64,000 nt of DNA from assembly GCF_963921235.1 (NCBI RefSeq), contig NC_086097.1:162008001-162072000 (forward strand), written 5' to 3'. Within the stretch, counting starts at the first letter, position 1. Every line of letters starts with the position of its first letter. Origin of the DNA: Mobula hypostoma (taxonomy: Eukaryota). Of the stretch, positions 1-13,864 are shown piece by piece. The notes beneath the pieces were generated by a model. The model made no database searches and was not told the origin of the DNA. It was given only the letters and a program-made list of their open reading frames with translations. The position numbers were made by a program, and so were the translations under genes.

Positions 1-1200
1 ATAAATGATGCCCACAAAGCAGGAGAAGGCTATAAGAAGATAGCAATGCGTTTTCAGGTAGCCGTTTCCTCAGGTCATAATGTAATTAAGAAATGGCATT
101 TAACAGGAACAGTGGAGGTCAATTTGAGGTTTGGAAAACCAAAAAAAAACCTTCCAAGAGAACTGCTCGTAAGATTGCTAGAAAGGCAAATCAAGACCCC
201 CGTTTGACTGCAAAAGACCTTCAGGAAGATTTAGCAGACTCTGGAGTGGTGGTGCACTGTTCTACTGTGCAGTGACACCTGCACAAATATGACCTTCATC
301 GAAGAGTCATCAGAAGAAAACCTTCCCTGCGTCCTCACCACAAAATTCAGTGTCAGAAGTTTTCAAAGGAACATCTAAGCAAACCTGAGATGCATTTTGG
401 AAGCAAGTCCTGTGGACTTATGAAGTTAAAATATAACTTTTTGGCTGCAATGAGCAAAGGTATGTTGGGAGCAAAAAGGGTGCAGAATTTCATGAAAAGA
501 ACATCTCTCCAACTGTTAAGCATGGGGCTGGATCGATCATGCTTTGAGCTTGTGTTGCAGCCCGTGGCACAGGGAACATTTCACTGGTAGAGGTAAGAAT
601 GAATTCAATTAAATACCAGCAAATTCTGGAAGCAAACATCACACCATCTGTAAAAAAGCTGAAAATGAAAAGAGGATGGCTTCTACAACAGGATAATGAA
701 CCTAAACACACCTCAAAATCCAGAATGGACTACCTCAAGAGGCGCAAGCTGAAGGTTTTGCCATGGCCCCCACAGTCCCCCGACCTAAACATCATTGAAA
801 ATCTTTGGATAGACCTCAAAAGAGCAGTGCATGCAAGACAGCCCAAGAATCTCACAGAACTAGAAGCCTTTTGCAAGGAAGAATGGGTGAAAATCCCCTA
901 AACAAGAATTGAAAGACTCTTAGCTGGCTACGGAAAGAGTTTACAAAACTGTGATATTTGCCAAAGGGGGTGTTACTAAGTACTGACCATGCAGGGTGCC
1001 CAAACTTTTGCTTGGGGCCCTTTTCCTTTTTTGTTCTTTTGAAACTGTAAAAGATTGAAATAAAAAGTAATCTTGCTTAAAATATTAACTTGTCATCTGT
1101 AACTTTATGCCTTTTGGAAATCAGTTCATCTTTTATTCACTTAGCTGTTCACAGTAACAGAAATTTTGACCAGGCGTGCCCAAACTTTTGCATGCCACTG
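1..1200 (+). mobile_element. Tc1-family (DD34E) DNA transposon, degenerate, 5' part outside window
   Basis: ORF 599-901 has QQDNEPKH...WPPQSPDLNIIE (34 residues between D and E); ORF 93-275 has the second HTH region. The right end carries repeated GTGCCCAAACTTTTGC motifs (~996 and ~1176) and ends ...GCCACTG at 1200. Same family as 45399-46995. Confidence 0.93.
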
Positions 1201-3250
1201 TGTGCTGGAGTAGCCATTGGGAAGTGACACTCAAAATTCTAATTTAATTATATAAAACCAAATGTAAAGCTTTCAGTGTTTCAGTAGATTTTAGAAAATC
1301 TACAGAAGTAATTAGTTATTAACAAACATTTAGTCCATAGAGCCTTGGAGACATAGACGGATCTAACCAGAGTATGCATTCATAAAGTTGCTTTAGAAAA
1401 CAGAAGAGCCTGAGCAATGGTTTCAGTTCATTACTGGTCAATGGTTTTGTGTATTTGGGTCATATCACTTGCCATAATTTGAACTCATTTAAACTGAATT
1501 TGATCTAGTGTAGCTACAGTAACTGGAAACCAATGTGAGTTAGTGGTTTGTCAGACACAACTACAGTCCATCAATGATAAATTAATCAATAATCTGTGTG
1601 TATGTGTACGTCTTTGAACCTGTTTGTGAATCATGTGAAAAATGCCCCATTAAGGGTTTAATTAATTAAAGTTTCTGTGATCAGTATTGAAATTTTTATA
1701 ACTTTTTTTATTCTTGTGTACACAATTCTGAAAGAACGCCAGGGTGTTTCCTTTTGGTGAACGATAATGATTACCAGAGTGTTATATGCTTTATTTTTTC
1801 TCTCAAGCTTTTTCAACTGAACTGATTATTTGGTTCATATATTGTTGCTCTTTGAGAGAGCTACCTATGGGAAAATAGCAGGCAAAGTGCTTCAGAGTAT
1901 TCCAAAGCAATGAAAGATGGAGAATGCCTTTCTTTAAAACATTGATACTTTGCTTGGAGCGCCATCTCTTGGAATGTTTTATTTATGGTGATCAAAGAAG
2001 TTAGCTCACTAGAGGTACTTATAGTGACAGCACACAGATTCTTTGAAGATCAGGAAATGAAGTGTTATGAGGATCTGGGGTATAGAAAGATTTGTGGTCT
2101 TATCAGTTACGATCATATTTACTAACGGGCAGATTTGAGGAGCCAGGTGGCCTACCCTAGAATTTTCCTATGTTCTTTTGGGTACATTATGGCTGAGTAA
2201 TTGCCATTTTACTTCCTGTTTTGCCATTGGTGAGTCTGTTCTGGCATAGGGAAATGATACTCCAAGGATTACAAAGTAGTGTTTTGGCACATTATCTGTG
2301 ATGCATCAATCTCAGTTTAGTCACAAATCCCCTAAAGTTTCAGGGGGGTTTTGCAAGGTTACCTGAGTTGGGAGGAATTCATTTCTGAACGTGGTGTTTT
2401 GATCAATAGTTTGTCCAGTTTTATTTCATCTTTGTTTGATCTTAGATCAGTTTTCAAGACAGTCCAGTGAGTTTTTTTTCCATTGTTATTAAACCTTATG
2501 CGTACTATTTTTTGTTCCAAGTTACAAGATTATTAATTGAACAGTTGCCATGGTGAGACTTGAAATCTAGTCTCTAGATTGTTTGTCAAGGTCTATTTTC
2601 TTAACTGCTGCAATAACACCATGCACTGGATCACTGCAGCTTTATTAGATTTTCTCAAGATGACAATAATCCTCATTTATTTCTTTTATTTAGAACTACT
2701 TTTGGTAATTGGCTTATTAATAATGCATGTACTGAGGAAGTGGAAAAACTTAGTTTTGCAAGCTATCCGTACTCACTTCAAAACATAAGTACGTTGTGGT
2801 AGTACAACAATGAAGTATTAACAACATATAGAATATAGTGTTACGGTTACGGAGAAAGTCCAAGCAGGCACCATGGTGGGGTTGATTACGAGGTCAAGAG
2901 TTTAGTTTGGTTATGTTTTTGTGCGCGATCATGGATCAAGTGGGCATCAGGACAGTTAATTTTGAATATATTACAGCAATCAATTTTTATTTTTGTATTT
3001 AATATCGCTAGAGAATTATTTACATTCAGAACAGCATGACATCTTTCAATCTTTAATTATCCTGCCAACGTCTTGTAATTACTTTTGAATCTGGTCTCTA
3101 TTTTCTATTCTGAGCTTCTTTTGATATGTGGAGATTTTGTTCCCTGGGGCCCGTTATTTTTTGCTGGTGGGATGTTGTCGGGAGGACATACACAACTTAG
3201 TCTTTTATTAATTGTTGTAGTAATTTAAAGAAAACTTTTCTTGTTCACAG

Positions 3251-3358
3251 CCAACTCACCTGGCTAATTTCAACCAAGTGCAGACGATTCAGTATTCGAA
3301 CAGTGATGACAAAGACAGAAAGGGAACTTTGCAATTAAAGATAGCTGGAGCTTCAGAG
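3251..3358 (+). CDS. PTK2: Focal adhesion kinase exon (FERM domain), PTHLANFNQVQTIQYSNSDDKDRKGTLQLKIAGASE
   Basis: ttgttcacag acceptor, GAG|gtaagg donor, 108 nt, phase 0/0; peptide closely matches vertebrate FAK PTHLADFTQVQTIQYSNSEDKDRKGMLQLKIAGAPE as recalled. Confidence 0.96.
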
Positions 3359-6300
3359 GTAAGGGCAAGAATTAATCTAAGTAGAATACCAAATGTGCTG
3401 ACTTTTGATGAGGTATAATTGGGGAGTTGGAATGCTTGATTTTTTTTCATCTAAAACTGATAACCTTTGCTGAGAATTTTTAAACCAGTGCTAAGCCCCT
3501 CACCAGCACAAACAAATTACTAATAACCTGATCTCTCAGATGTTTGAAAATTATTTAAAGATTTAAAGATATTGGACATATTCCAGTTGTTCTTTGGCTA
3601 TGTCTATGAAAGTGATTAACCCAGTAATATGCAGGACAGTTTATTTGAGAAGATAATTTTCTTTGTTGACAAAAAACAGTTAGTTTGGCATTGTAATGTG
3701 TTGCTTTTCTGCTAGTAACTATATTGGTATATTAAAATATGCAGTGTTTGTGGAATTAATTTTAAATTGATATACAGTGGTGCTAGAAAGTTTGTGAACC
3801 CTGTAGAATTTTCTCTATTTCTGCAAAAATGTGACCTAAAATGTGATCAGATCTTCATGTAAATCTTAAAACTAGATAATGAGAACCTAATTAAATAAAT
3901 AACACAAAAAAATTATACTTGATCATTTATTGATTGAAAATATGATCCAATATTATATGTATTTGTGGGAAAAAGTTTGTGAACCTCTAGGCTAATGCCT
4001 TTCACAAAAACTATTTGGATTCAGCTGTTCTAATCATTGAAATGAGATTGGAGGTGTGGGTTGTACAGGTGCCCTGCCCTATAAAAAAGACATACAAAGT
4101 CAGATTACTGACAGAGCCTGCTCTTCTCAAGAAAGATCCATTTATGTCTAATATGTCTCGATCAGAACAACTTTCAGAAGACCTTAGAAGAAGAATTGTA
4201 GAGATGCATGAAGCTGGAAAAGGCTACAAAAGTTTTTTCTAAAGACATGAGTGTTCATCAGTCCACAGTAAGAGAAATTGTCTACAAACGGAGCAAATTC
4301 AGTACTGTTGCTACTCTTCCAAGGAGTGGGCATCCTGCAGAGATCACACCAAGAACACAATGTGCAATGCTGAAGAAGATCAAAAAGAACCCAATGATCA
4401 CAGCAAAAGACCTGCAGAAATCTCTAGAACTTGCTAAAATATCTGTTCATGTGTCCACTATTAAAATAAAACACTGAACAAGAATGGTGTTTATGGAAGG
4501 ACACCATGGAAGAAACTACTGCCTCCAAAAAAAAGCATTGCTGCATGTCTCAAGTTTGCAGAAGACCACCCGGAGGTTCTACAATGCTTTTGAGATAATG
4601 TTCTTTGGACAGATGAGAAAGAACTTGAATGTTTTGTCAGAAATGCATATTGCTATGTTTGGAGGAAAAAGAACAGTGCACACCAACTTCAAAACCTCAT
4701 TCCAACTGTGAAGCATGGTGGAAAGAGCATCATGGTTTGGGGCTGCTTTGCTGCCTCGGGGTCTGGACAGCTTGCAATTGTTGAGGGAACAATAAATTCA
4801 AAATTCTATCAAGATATTTTACAGGAAAATATCAGGGTAGTGGTCCATCACCTGAAGCATAACAGAAGTTGGATACTGCAACAAGACAATGATCCACTTC
4901 TGGTAAGGTGGCAATAGGTTAATCGCTTCAAACTGTCGCTGCGTTTCATTTCTTACCGCCGCACTTCTTATCTTTTTTCTACCCCAGACTGCTAATTTTT
5001 TTTTTGTTCTACCTGCCTGCCTGCGAATACGTCTGTCCTACAATGGCTTACAAGCCCTCTAAAGCTGGGAAAAAAGAAGTCTCTGCGACTCTCTCCGGCT
5101 CCTCTGCTGACGTTATCGACATTTTGGATCAGCACCAACAAGAGATTATATCTGAACTTAAGTCCAAATATGTCTTCTTTCAGTTCATTGGAGTCAAAAT
5201 TGGATCAAATTAATTCCAAAGTGGAAGATTGTGCATTCGTCTCGCTCATCTTGACTCAGAAACCGAAGATTTAAAATGTCATGTTCAGCAGCTGGAAGCC
5301 GTTTGCTCTAATTTGAGTGAGTATAACACCAAGTTATCATGTAAAAAAGCTGATCTCGAAGGTCAGAGCAGAAAGCATAGTCTACGTATCCTCGGTCTGC
5401 AAGAGGCTATCGAAAGCGGACCTCCTGTTGAATTTTTTTCTTCTTTACTTTTTGAGATTTTTGGGAAAGATGCTGTTCTGAATTTACCCGAGTTAGATAG
5501 AGCTCACCGTACATTTCAGGCAAACTCAGAGTTAGGCTTTTGGCCACGCCCAGTTATATTCTGTTTTCATCGATATCAGGTGAAAAACCTTTTGATTATG
5601 GAAGCACGTTGGAGAGGAAAATTGCATTATAAGGGTCATTCCATTCGTATTGTTGAAGATTATGATCCTCAAGTTTTGAGGTTGCATGCCGAATAAGTCT
5701 AATACTTTTTGATAGTACTGTTTCTTTTTTGCTTTATGTACAATTTTAATTCGACGTGCATAAGCTCTCTGTTTTTTTCAATGAACTTAATTAAACGGAG
5801 CTTATGAAGATTTTCAGAAACTGGAAGTTGGGTTTCGGGGTGGTTTTTTTCTGAAGAGCTTGCTGCTGTTCTTTGGTAGCTTTCTTGCTTTGGGATTGGG
5901 GGCGGGGGAGGGTTCCCTAGTGCTAGGGAATACTAAGGAATAATAATACTATTTATACAACCCTTAGTTATTCTTTGTTACTCAGGACATTTTTTTAATC
6001 CTGATTTTCTTGTCTTATACTTTTGCCCCACTGCTGTTATTAGAATGTTTTTCCTATTTATGCCTACTACCCAATATGCTTTCTTATATGACAATGGTTA
6101 GCCCGTTAAATCTTATAAGCTGGGATGTTGAGGGATTGAACCATCCTGTTAAAAGAAGGAAAGTAGTTTCACATCTTAACCAGCTCAAAGTTGACATTGT
6201 TTTTTTTTTGCAAGAAACACATATTCTTAGTTTTGATAACTCTCGCCTTATGTTGAGGTGGGTGTCTCTGGGAAATTGTATAATAGTACTCTATGCTCCC

Positions 6301-6968
6301 AACTCAGATGACGCGGACTTCGTTGATCGTTTTTTCTCTTTATTGCCTGACTTGAGTTTATATTCCCTCATATTGGGTGGTGATTGTAATTGTTGGTTAG
6401 ATCCAGTATTGGATCGATCCTCCTCTGTTCCTAGACTCCCTAGTAAATCTGCTTTATCTATTCACTCTTTCCTTTCTGATTATGGTATCTCTGACGTGTA
6501 CCATTTTTTCTATCCTACTGTGAGTGATTATTCCTTTTTTTTCACATGTCCATCATACTTTTACTAGAATTGTTTATTTTTTAATGGATAATCAGCTGAT
6601 TCCATCTGTTCGCTCTTGCGATTATCAGAGTATATTGACTTCGGATCATGCCCCAGTTATCCTGTCCATAAATTTCCTTGGTTTCCCTCAAATGAATAAA
6701 CATTGGAGTTTTAACCTGACCTTGTTGTTGGATAATGATTTTGTAAAATTTATGAAGGACCAGATAACCTTTTTTTTAAGTACTAACATGTCATCTGAAA
6801 TCTCATCCCAGGTCGTCTGGGATGCTATGAAGGCATATTTGAGGGGTCAAATAATTTCATATACTGCAAATCTGAAAAGAAAGACCTATTTAGAGCGATT
6901 AGACTCGATTGGTCAAATTAAAGCAACTGACCAATTTCTGCCCAGACCAAAAATCCCAAACTGTATAA

Positions 6969-7880
6969 TGTTACGTACCCCGTAACTGGGTTGCCAAACC
7001 AGCAGAAATGGATCACTCAGTTGGAGTCTGGACTACTGGAACTAAGAACGTTTTATTAAAGAAATAAGCAACACAGTACTCTAATCAAAAGGATAATAAA
7101 TGCAACAGTTCAGCAATGATAAACACACATGTACACAGAATTAGGATAACAGGATCAATCAAGCTCTATCGTCATCTAGGGGTAAATGACCATTTTCAAA
7201 GTGACGCAAAGTTCAATTCAATGGAGTTCAGTTCAGTTCACAGTAATCACTGCCATGGCGGTGGACGGGGGGGGGAGGAGAGAGAGAGCAAAAGCGAATG
7301 AATATTCAAAACGGCTTCCACACAGACCTTCGATATTCCTCGCAGTCAGCTTTCGGGCGAGCCCTTTGTAATGTCTTCTGAGGTCACCGACTGTGACCCC
7401 TCCGTTTCAGATACGATCGTTCCTCAGCGGTGAACCCGGCACCCAGGCAAGGGCGGACACACACCCGTTCCTGCCGATCGTACCTTTCCACCCTGTGCGT
7501 CTCTGGCTTGGTCCCGCGACCAGCCCTCCAAAGACTCCCACCGACTTGTGGGAGGCGCACTGCTTCCAGGGTCTCGTTACCTCGTGGTGTCGTGTGTGTC
7601 CTGCCTTAGCGAACCTGTCCCTTTTTATCCCCCTGCTGGGGTATCGCCTGTCCATCACACTTCAAACAGTTCCAGGTTCAAAAAGGAACCGATCTTGACA
7701 GCTCTCAGACCGTGTCTCCTTCCGTTAAACTCTCCCGTCTCTTCATTAACATTTCCAAATGCTGCTCCATTGTCTTACTTATCTCTCTCCCTCCTGAAGA
7801 CAGGTGGCAGATCAACTGTTGATCCCACTGGTGATAGCACAGGACAGTCAATATCTTAGTCTATGTGTACTTTCGTCTCA
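6969..7880 (-). mobile_element. Solo LTR (Gypsy-like) inserted in L1 ORF2
   Basis: TG...CA termini (TGTTACG...CGTCTCA), 4-bp TSD ATAA (6965-6968 / 7881-7884); L1 ORF2 resumes after it. AATAAA (~7051-7057) and a TATA-like GATAAAA (~7622) read on the minus strand. Confidence 0.85.
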
Positions 7881-10291
7881 ATAAGAAGCGAGTAGAACTT
7901 CAAACTAAGTTTGACCTCATCTCCACTCAGCCAGTTGAACGCCAAGAATAAGAGTCAATTTTATATTCATGGTGATAAGTCAGGTAAGATTTTAGTTAAC
8001 CAACTAAGACACTCTAAAGCTAAACAACAAATTACAAAAATTTGTATGGGAAATAGGAACATTCTCGACTTTATACCTCTGAATCTTCAAATGATATTAT
8101 CACTGTTGAGCATTTTCTAAATAATTTAAATATTCCTTCACTTTCCTCCGACTTTAAAGCAAAACTCAATGAACCATTATCATTAGAGGAAATATCATCT
8201 GCCATCTCTGCATTACAGTCAGGTAAATCTCCTGGACCTGATGGCTTTTCTGCAGAATTTTATAAATCATTTTCTTCACTGCTTTCGTCTCAATTATTTG
8301 TGGTTGTATCTGATTGTTTAAGCATGGTAAATTGCCTGCATCATTTAACGAGGCATGTAACATTCTTTTAGCCAAAAAAGGTAAAGATCCAACAGTGTTC
8401 TTCGTATAGGCCGACTGCTTTGTTAAATGTCAATGTTAAAATTTCGGCTAAAGTTTTGGCTCGTAGATTAAAGAACATTATACCTTCTATTAATTCTGAA
8501 GATCAAACTGGTTGTATTAAAAATCACCTTCCCTTTTTTAATATACGACGCTTATTTAATATCTTATATTCACCCTCAATTGGGACTCCTGAATGTGTTA
8601 TTTCTCTTGATACAGAGAAAGCGTTTGATCGCGTTGAGTGGAATTACCTTTTTGCGGTTTTAGAAAAATTTGATTTTGGACGAAGTTTTAGTACATGGAT
8701 TAAATTGCTATATTCATATCCCACCGCTTCTGTTTTGACCAACTCTCAGCAATCTCAGTCTTTCAGCCTTAAGCGCGGCACTCGTCAAGGTTGCCCTTTA
8801 AGTCCCTTACTCTTCGATTTGGCTATAGAGCCACTTGCCATTGCGTTTCGTAGCTGTGCTGAATTGATGGGGATTTGGAAGGGAGGTGATGAGCATAAAT
8901 TTTCCCTTTATGCTGACGATCTTTTACTTTTTATATCAAACCCGACTACTTCCTTACCCCCCCCCGATGTTTTCTCTTCCTAATAAATTTAGTCAGCTTT
9001 CCAGTTATAAACGTAATTTACATAAGAGCGACTCTTTCCAATTAATAGAGAAGCACAAGCTTTAGTATTCCATGACCTTCCTTTTACGGTAGTTAACAAT
9101 CAATTCACTTACCTTGGTATTACAGTAACAAGGAACTTCCAGAATCTTTCGAGAAAATTTTACCAATCTTCTAAACTCTACAATACAGGATTTGACACAA
9201 TTGTCACCCTTGTCTATGTCTCTTGTAGGTTGAATTAATGTTATTAAAATGTATATCCTTCCTAAATTTTTGTATCTATTTCAGTCTTAACAAATTTTTA
9301 TTTCTAAAACTTTTTTTGATGCGTTAGATTCTATTATTTCGTCCTACCTATGGAAAGGTAGACTTAATAAAGCTCACCTTCAAAAATCTAAAAAAGTAAG
9401 GTGGTATGGCCTTGCCTAATTTTTGTTTATATTTTTGGGCAGCCAATATTCGTTGTCTTACTTTTTGGTCTTTCTTCCATAATCAGTCTGACTGCCCTAA
9501 GTGGGTGGCAGTGGAGTTCAATCTTTCCATTTCTGCACTTCTCAGATCCGCACTTCCTTGTCATTTGCCTAGATTAATTGTCAATCCTCTAATTCAACTT
9601 ACTCTGAGAATATGGGCTCAGTTCAGAAAATTTAATGGTCTTCATGGTTTTTCTCTCTCTAGCCCTATTTTACACAATCATTTTTTCCCACCTATACGGG
9701 ATTCAACCTTTATGATTGGTATAGAAAAGGTATTAGGCACTTTGAAGGATCTTTTTATAGATAATCGTTTTGCAACTTTTCAACACCTGTCTGTAAAATT
9801 TAATCTACCAAATAATGATTTCTTTAGATATCTTCAAATTAGACATTTCATTAACCCTTTAATATCAAACTTCCCTGAGATGCCTGAGAAAAATGTTCTG
9901 GACCTGTTTCTTTGTATAAGTCCATTGGGTAAAGGTTTAATATCTGTTACTTAGGATAAGTTAGTGATTTTTGAGGCGTGCCCCCTTCGATAAAATTAGA
10001 ACTGCCTGGGAACATAACCTAAATATTTCCTTATCTGATGCGGTTTGCGATTCAATTCTTAAGTCAGTCAACTCAACCTCTCTATGTGCTCGCCACTGCC
10101 TCTTGCAGTTTAAGGTTGTACACAGTGCTTATATGTCTAAAACTAAATTATCGCAGTTTTACCCTGACATTAGTCCTGTTTGTGACAAGTGTAAAGGGGG
10201 TGAGGCTTCTCTTATCCACATGTACTGGGCCTGTCCTAATCTAGAGAAATTCTGGAGAGAAGTTTTTTCAACCTTATCTCATATTCTTAAT

Positions 10292-11869
10292 CCATCACGT
10301 CCTTCTCCTGCATTGCCTGCAGGACAATACGTGCCGACCACTGCCTGATGGCCCTGTGGTCAAAGGCGTTCTCCTGGAAGAACTTTGCTACGTAGGACAG
10401 GTATGCCGGCAACGATCAGCTGACTGGGGCGTTGCGCGGGAGTGGGGCCAGACCCATCCTTTGTAGCCAGGGTGACAAGTAGAACCTGGGCACATAGTGG
10501 TACTTGGTGCCCACATACCTGGGTTCTACACACAACCTGATGCAGCCACATACAAAGCTGGCCATCAGGGTGAGGGCGACATTGGGTACATTCTTGCCCC
10601 CGTTGTCCAGGGACTTGTGCACGACGGTCCGTCTCACCTGCTCCATCTTGGATCCCCAGACGAATCTGAAGCCAGCTCGGGTGATTTCCGAGCTGTAGGA
10701 GTGGGGGACGGACCAGACCTGTGCCAAGTACAGCAGCCCTGAGAGCACCTCACACCTGATGACCAGGTTCTTGGCCATTATCGACAGGGAGCGCCCTCCC
10801 CACAGTCCCAGTTTCTGTTTCACCTTGGCAGTCCGCTCCTGCCAGTTCTTGTTGCGTGCCTCAGCCCCTCCGAATCAGGTCCCCAACACCCTCACGTGGT
10901 CAGACCTGACGGTGAAGGGGACGCTGGATCGGTCGGGCCAGTTGCCGAAGAGCATGGCTTTGCTCTTCGCGCGGTTGACCCTGGCCCCCGACGCTAGCTC
11001 GAACTGTTCGCAGATGCCAATCAACCTGCGAACTGACCTCGGATCAGAGCAGAAGAGATGGTGACGTCGTCCATGTACAGGGAGGTTTTCACTTGGGTCC
11101 CTCCACACACAGTGGGGTGGTTCCCTGAGCAGACCGTCCAGTTCATCTGGCAAAATGCCTCATCGCCAGATCTCACCAACAGGCACCAAGACCTCACCTG
11201 GCTGGCGGTGAGAGGGGCCCTCCCAGTCAGAGCCCTCGTGTACACCCGGAATGTCGTCTCCGCACCCCACTGCCCACAGGAGGACTGCAGTGAGGAGGAG
11301 TCTGTGACCCACCTCTTCGCACACTGTCAGTTCGCAAAGAGGGTGTGGAGGAGGATGGACGGGCTAGTGTCACATTTCATCCCCAGCAGCTGCGTAACAG
11401 AGGACTCTCTGATCTACGGGCTGTTCCCGGGGACGCACACGGAGACCAACATCGGTGCTGCTGGCAGATCATCAACTCGGTGAAAGACGCTCTTTGGTTG
11501 GCCCGAAACTTGATGATCTACCAGCACATGGAGATGTCCGTGGGAGAATGCTGCCGACTGGCCCATTCTCGGCTGCAGGAGTACGTGCTGAGGGACGCAC
11601 TGAAACTCAGTGCACCCACCGCAAGGGCCCGGTGGGGAAGGACCACAGTATAGGTTTCTCCACCCGTGGGAGTGGGAGGGGTCGGGGGGGCGGGGAGTAT
11701 ACCCCTCAACAATGATATGCTAAGCTGAACTACTGGAGTGCCACGTGGGTGGCAATAAATACGGATGTGTACTGACTATAATGGAAACGTATGTAAAGGA
11801 TGGAAAGTTATTGAGTGGTTTATTGTATATATTTATTTTTGAATAAAGTATATTTTGAAATTTAAAAAA
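10292..11869 (+). mobile_element. Tx1-like (L1 group) LINE 3' portion with inverted 5' segment
   Basis: Perfect 16-bp TSD ATCTCATATTCTTAAT (10276-10291 / 11870-11885). RT C-terminus (KTSLYMDDVT) lies on the minus strand at 10292-~11104; the Cys/His motif CPQEDC...HLFAHC, AATAAA and A tail lie on the plus strand at ~11107-11869. GC-rich relative to the host L1. Confidence 0.9.
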
Positions 11870-13129
11870 ATCTCATATTCTTAATTGCCATTTTGAACCT
11901 CACCCTCTGGTTGCTCTTTCTGGCACCCTGGGGAAGTAGATGTGCACTTGAGTCCAACTAAACGTCGAACATTATCTTTTGCCTCTCTCTTGGCTAGACG
12001 GTTAGTTCTTCTTAGGTGGAAAGATGCTGCCCCACCCACTCACGCTCAATGGCTTAGTGATATTATGTCCTGTTTAGACCTTGAAAAGATTCATTATTCA
12101 CTTTTTAATTCGGACATAAGGTGTGGGGACCTTTTCTTGAATATTTTCATAAGTCTGCTTTACGTTAAGTTTATCCTTTTTTTTGTATGCTACAATCCCT
12201 TACTTTCAGCTTTTTTTTTCCTGTAAGTTTTACAGTTTTTTGTGAATTACATTATAGTTTTAGTAGTTGGCATTATATTTTCTTTTTTCTTATATATATA
12301 TATTTACAGCTCTGTGGGGTTGAATGCTCAGATTAATTTTTTTTCTTTTATACACAGAAATGGTTGGCCTGGGTTTTTTTTTCAGTGGGAGGTTGGGGTG
12401 GATACTGATCTGACATGATTTTATTTTGGGTGATTTTTTTTTATTGTTATGAATTATATATTGGACATGTTTGTTTTGCACTGTATAAATCTCCATTTTG
12501 TTGATTTTTTTCTGTAGCTCTATTGTAGAAACACATAAAAAATTAATTTAAAAAAGACAATGATTCGAACGACAAGAGTAAATCAACAATGGAGTGGTTT
12601 AAAAAGATGAAAATTTGTGTTTTGGAATGGCCAAGTCAAAGTCCTGACTTAATCCTGTAGAAATGTTGTGGAATTCATGCAAGGAAGCCAACCAACATCC
12701 CAGAGTTGAAAGCAGGTTTGTAAGGAGGAATAGCTTAAAATTCCTCAAAGCCGATGTGCAAGACTGATCAACAGTTACCGGAAACGTTTTGTTGGAAGTT
12801 CTTGCTGTTTAAGTGGGTCACACCATTTACTGAAAGCAAAGATTCACATACTTTTTCCAACAAATACATGTAATATTGGATCATTTTTTCTCAATAGGTA
12901 AATGAAACGTATAATGTTTTTTGTTTTATTTATTTAATTGAGTTCTGTTTATCTAGCTTTAGGACTTCCATGAAGATCTGATCACATTTTATGACATACT
13001 TATGCAGAAATAGAGAAAATTCTACAGGGTTCACAAACTTTCTACCACCACTGTACATTGAATTGCGCTCTTTGACATTGCATAATGGAAGATAAAATTC
13101 GTGTCTGCTTATTTGTGAAACCATTCATA

Positions 13130-13555
13130 CTTACTGCCTGTTACGCTGCTGCCATTTATAGCAACAATGAAGGTACTCCATTTCTGGTGGTGTTCAAGGC
13201 TTCCTTCATCGTGTCAGTAGCTTCCTGTCAGTTTTCACTACTGCCAGTCATGCAAGTCCCGGGTGGAGACTCAGGAATGCCGTCACACTGAACTGTAGAA
13301 GGATTCTTCTTTGCTGTTTCCATAACAATTTTGTTCCACTAGTCAGGGTTGCTAGCCCTGAGCTGAACCCCTAAACCTGGAGGACAGATGGGCCGCCTTT
13401 AATATGGCCTCTACCCTTTAACCTATCTGGCATGGGTGACACCACCAAGAGCCAAAGCATAAAGCCCTGTCTCCAGCCAACATACTGTAGCTCTCTAGAT
13501 TATTGAGACATTCAAGCCTCCAAAGCACGACAAGGTTGTGGTTCTTGTGGAGGAA
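13130..13555. repeat. Probable interspersed repeat fragment (possibly the 5' region of an RTE-like element)
   Basis: GC-richer block resembling repeat sequence I recall from fish genomes; no ORF support; family uncertain. Confidence 0.3.
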
Positions 13556-13746
13556 ATCACTCATAAAGTTGTTGGCAATTGTGCACATACAGAGACAGAA
13601 GTTGGTAAAAATCTCATTCCTTTTTTATGGCTGTAATGATACATTGATATTTTCGGATTTGACATCTTGATCAGAATTTGATTCATTTGAGGACAACAAA
13701 CTGTTGGCATAAACTATGCATTTACATAACTTTGTGTTATTTTCAG

Positions 13747-13864
13747 CCTTTGACCATAACAACTCCATCGTTGAACATTGCAGAAAACATGGCAGACTTG
13801 ATAGATGGTTATTGCCGCCTTGTGAATGGAGTTGTGCAGTCATTCATTATCAGGTCCCAGAAAG
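13747..13864 (+). CDS. PTK2: Focal adhesion kinase exon (end of FERM domain), PLTITTPSLNIAENMADLIDGYCRLVNGVVQSFIIRSQK
   Basis: ttattttcag acceptor, AAAG|gtagat donor, 118 nt; contains the FAK/PYK2 hallmark AENMADLIDGYCRL; in frame with the preceding exon. Confidence 0.97.

Larger units (their letters stand above)
4896..12553 (+). mobile_element. L1-clade LINE, near full length, degenerate (ORF1 ~5043-5696; ORF2 EN/RT/Cys-rich C-terminus ~6090-12120)
   Basis: ORF1-like ELDRAHR...PRPVI; RT motifs SLDTEKAFDRVEW, GTRQGCPLSPLLF, LYADD; C-terminal CDKC...HMYWAC; A-rich tail; TSD AAGACAATGATCC (4883-4895) / AAGACAATGATTC (12554-12566). Confidence 0.93.
3775..13053 (+). mobile_element. Tc1-family transposon (second family), full-length but split by an L1 insertion
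   Basis: TA|CAGTGGTGCTAGAAAGTTTGTGAACCCTGTAGAA at 3775 and inverted TTCTACAGGGTTCACAAACTTTCTACCACCACTG|TA ending at 13053. Transposase fragments lie at ~4153-4895 (VKHGGKSIMVWGCF...QQDNDP) and resume at ~12554 (WPSQSPD). Confidence 0.94.
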
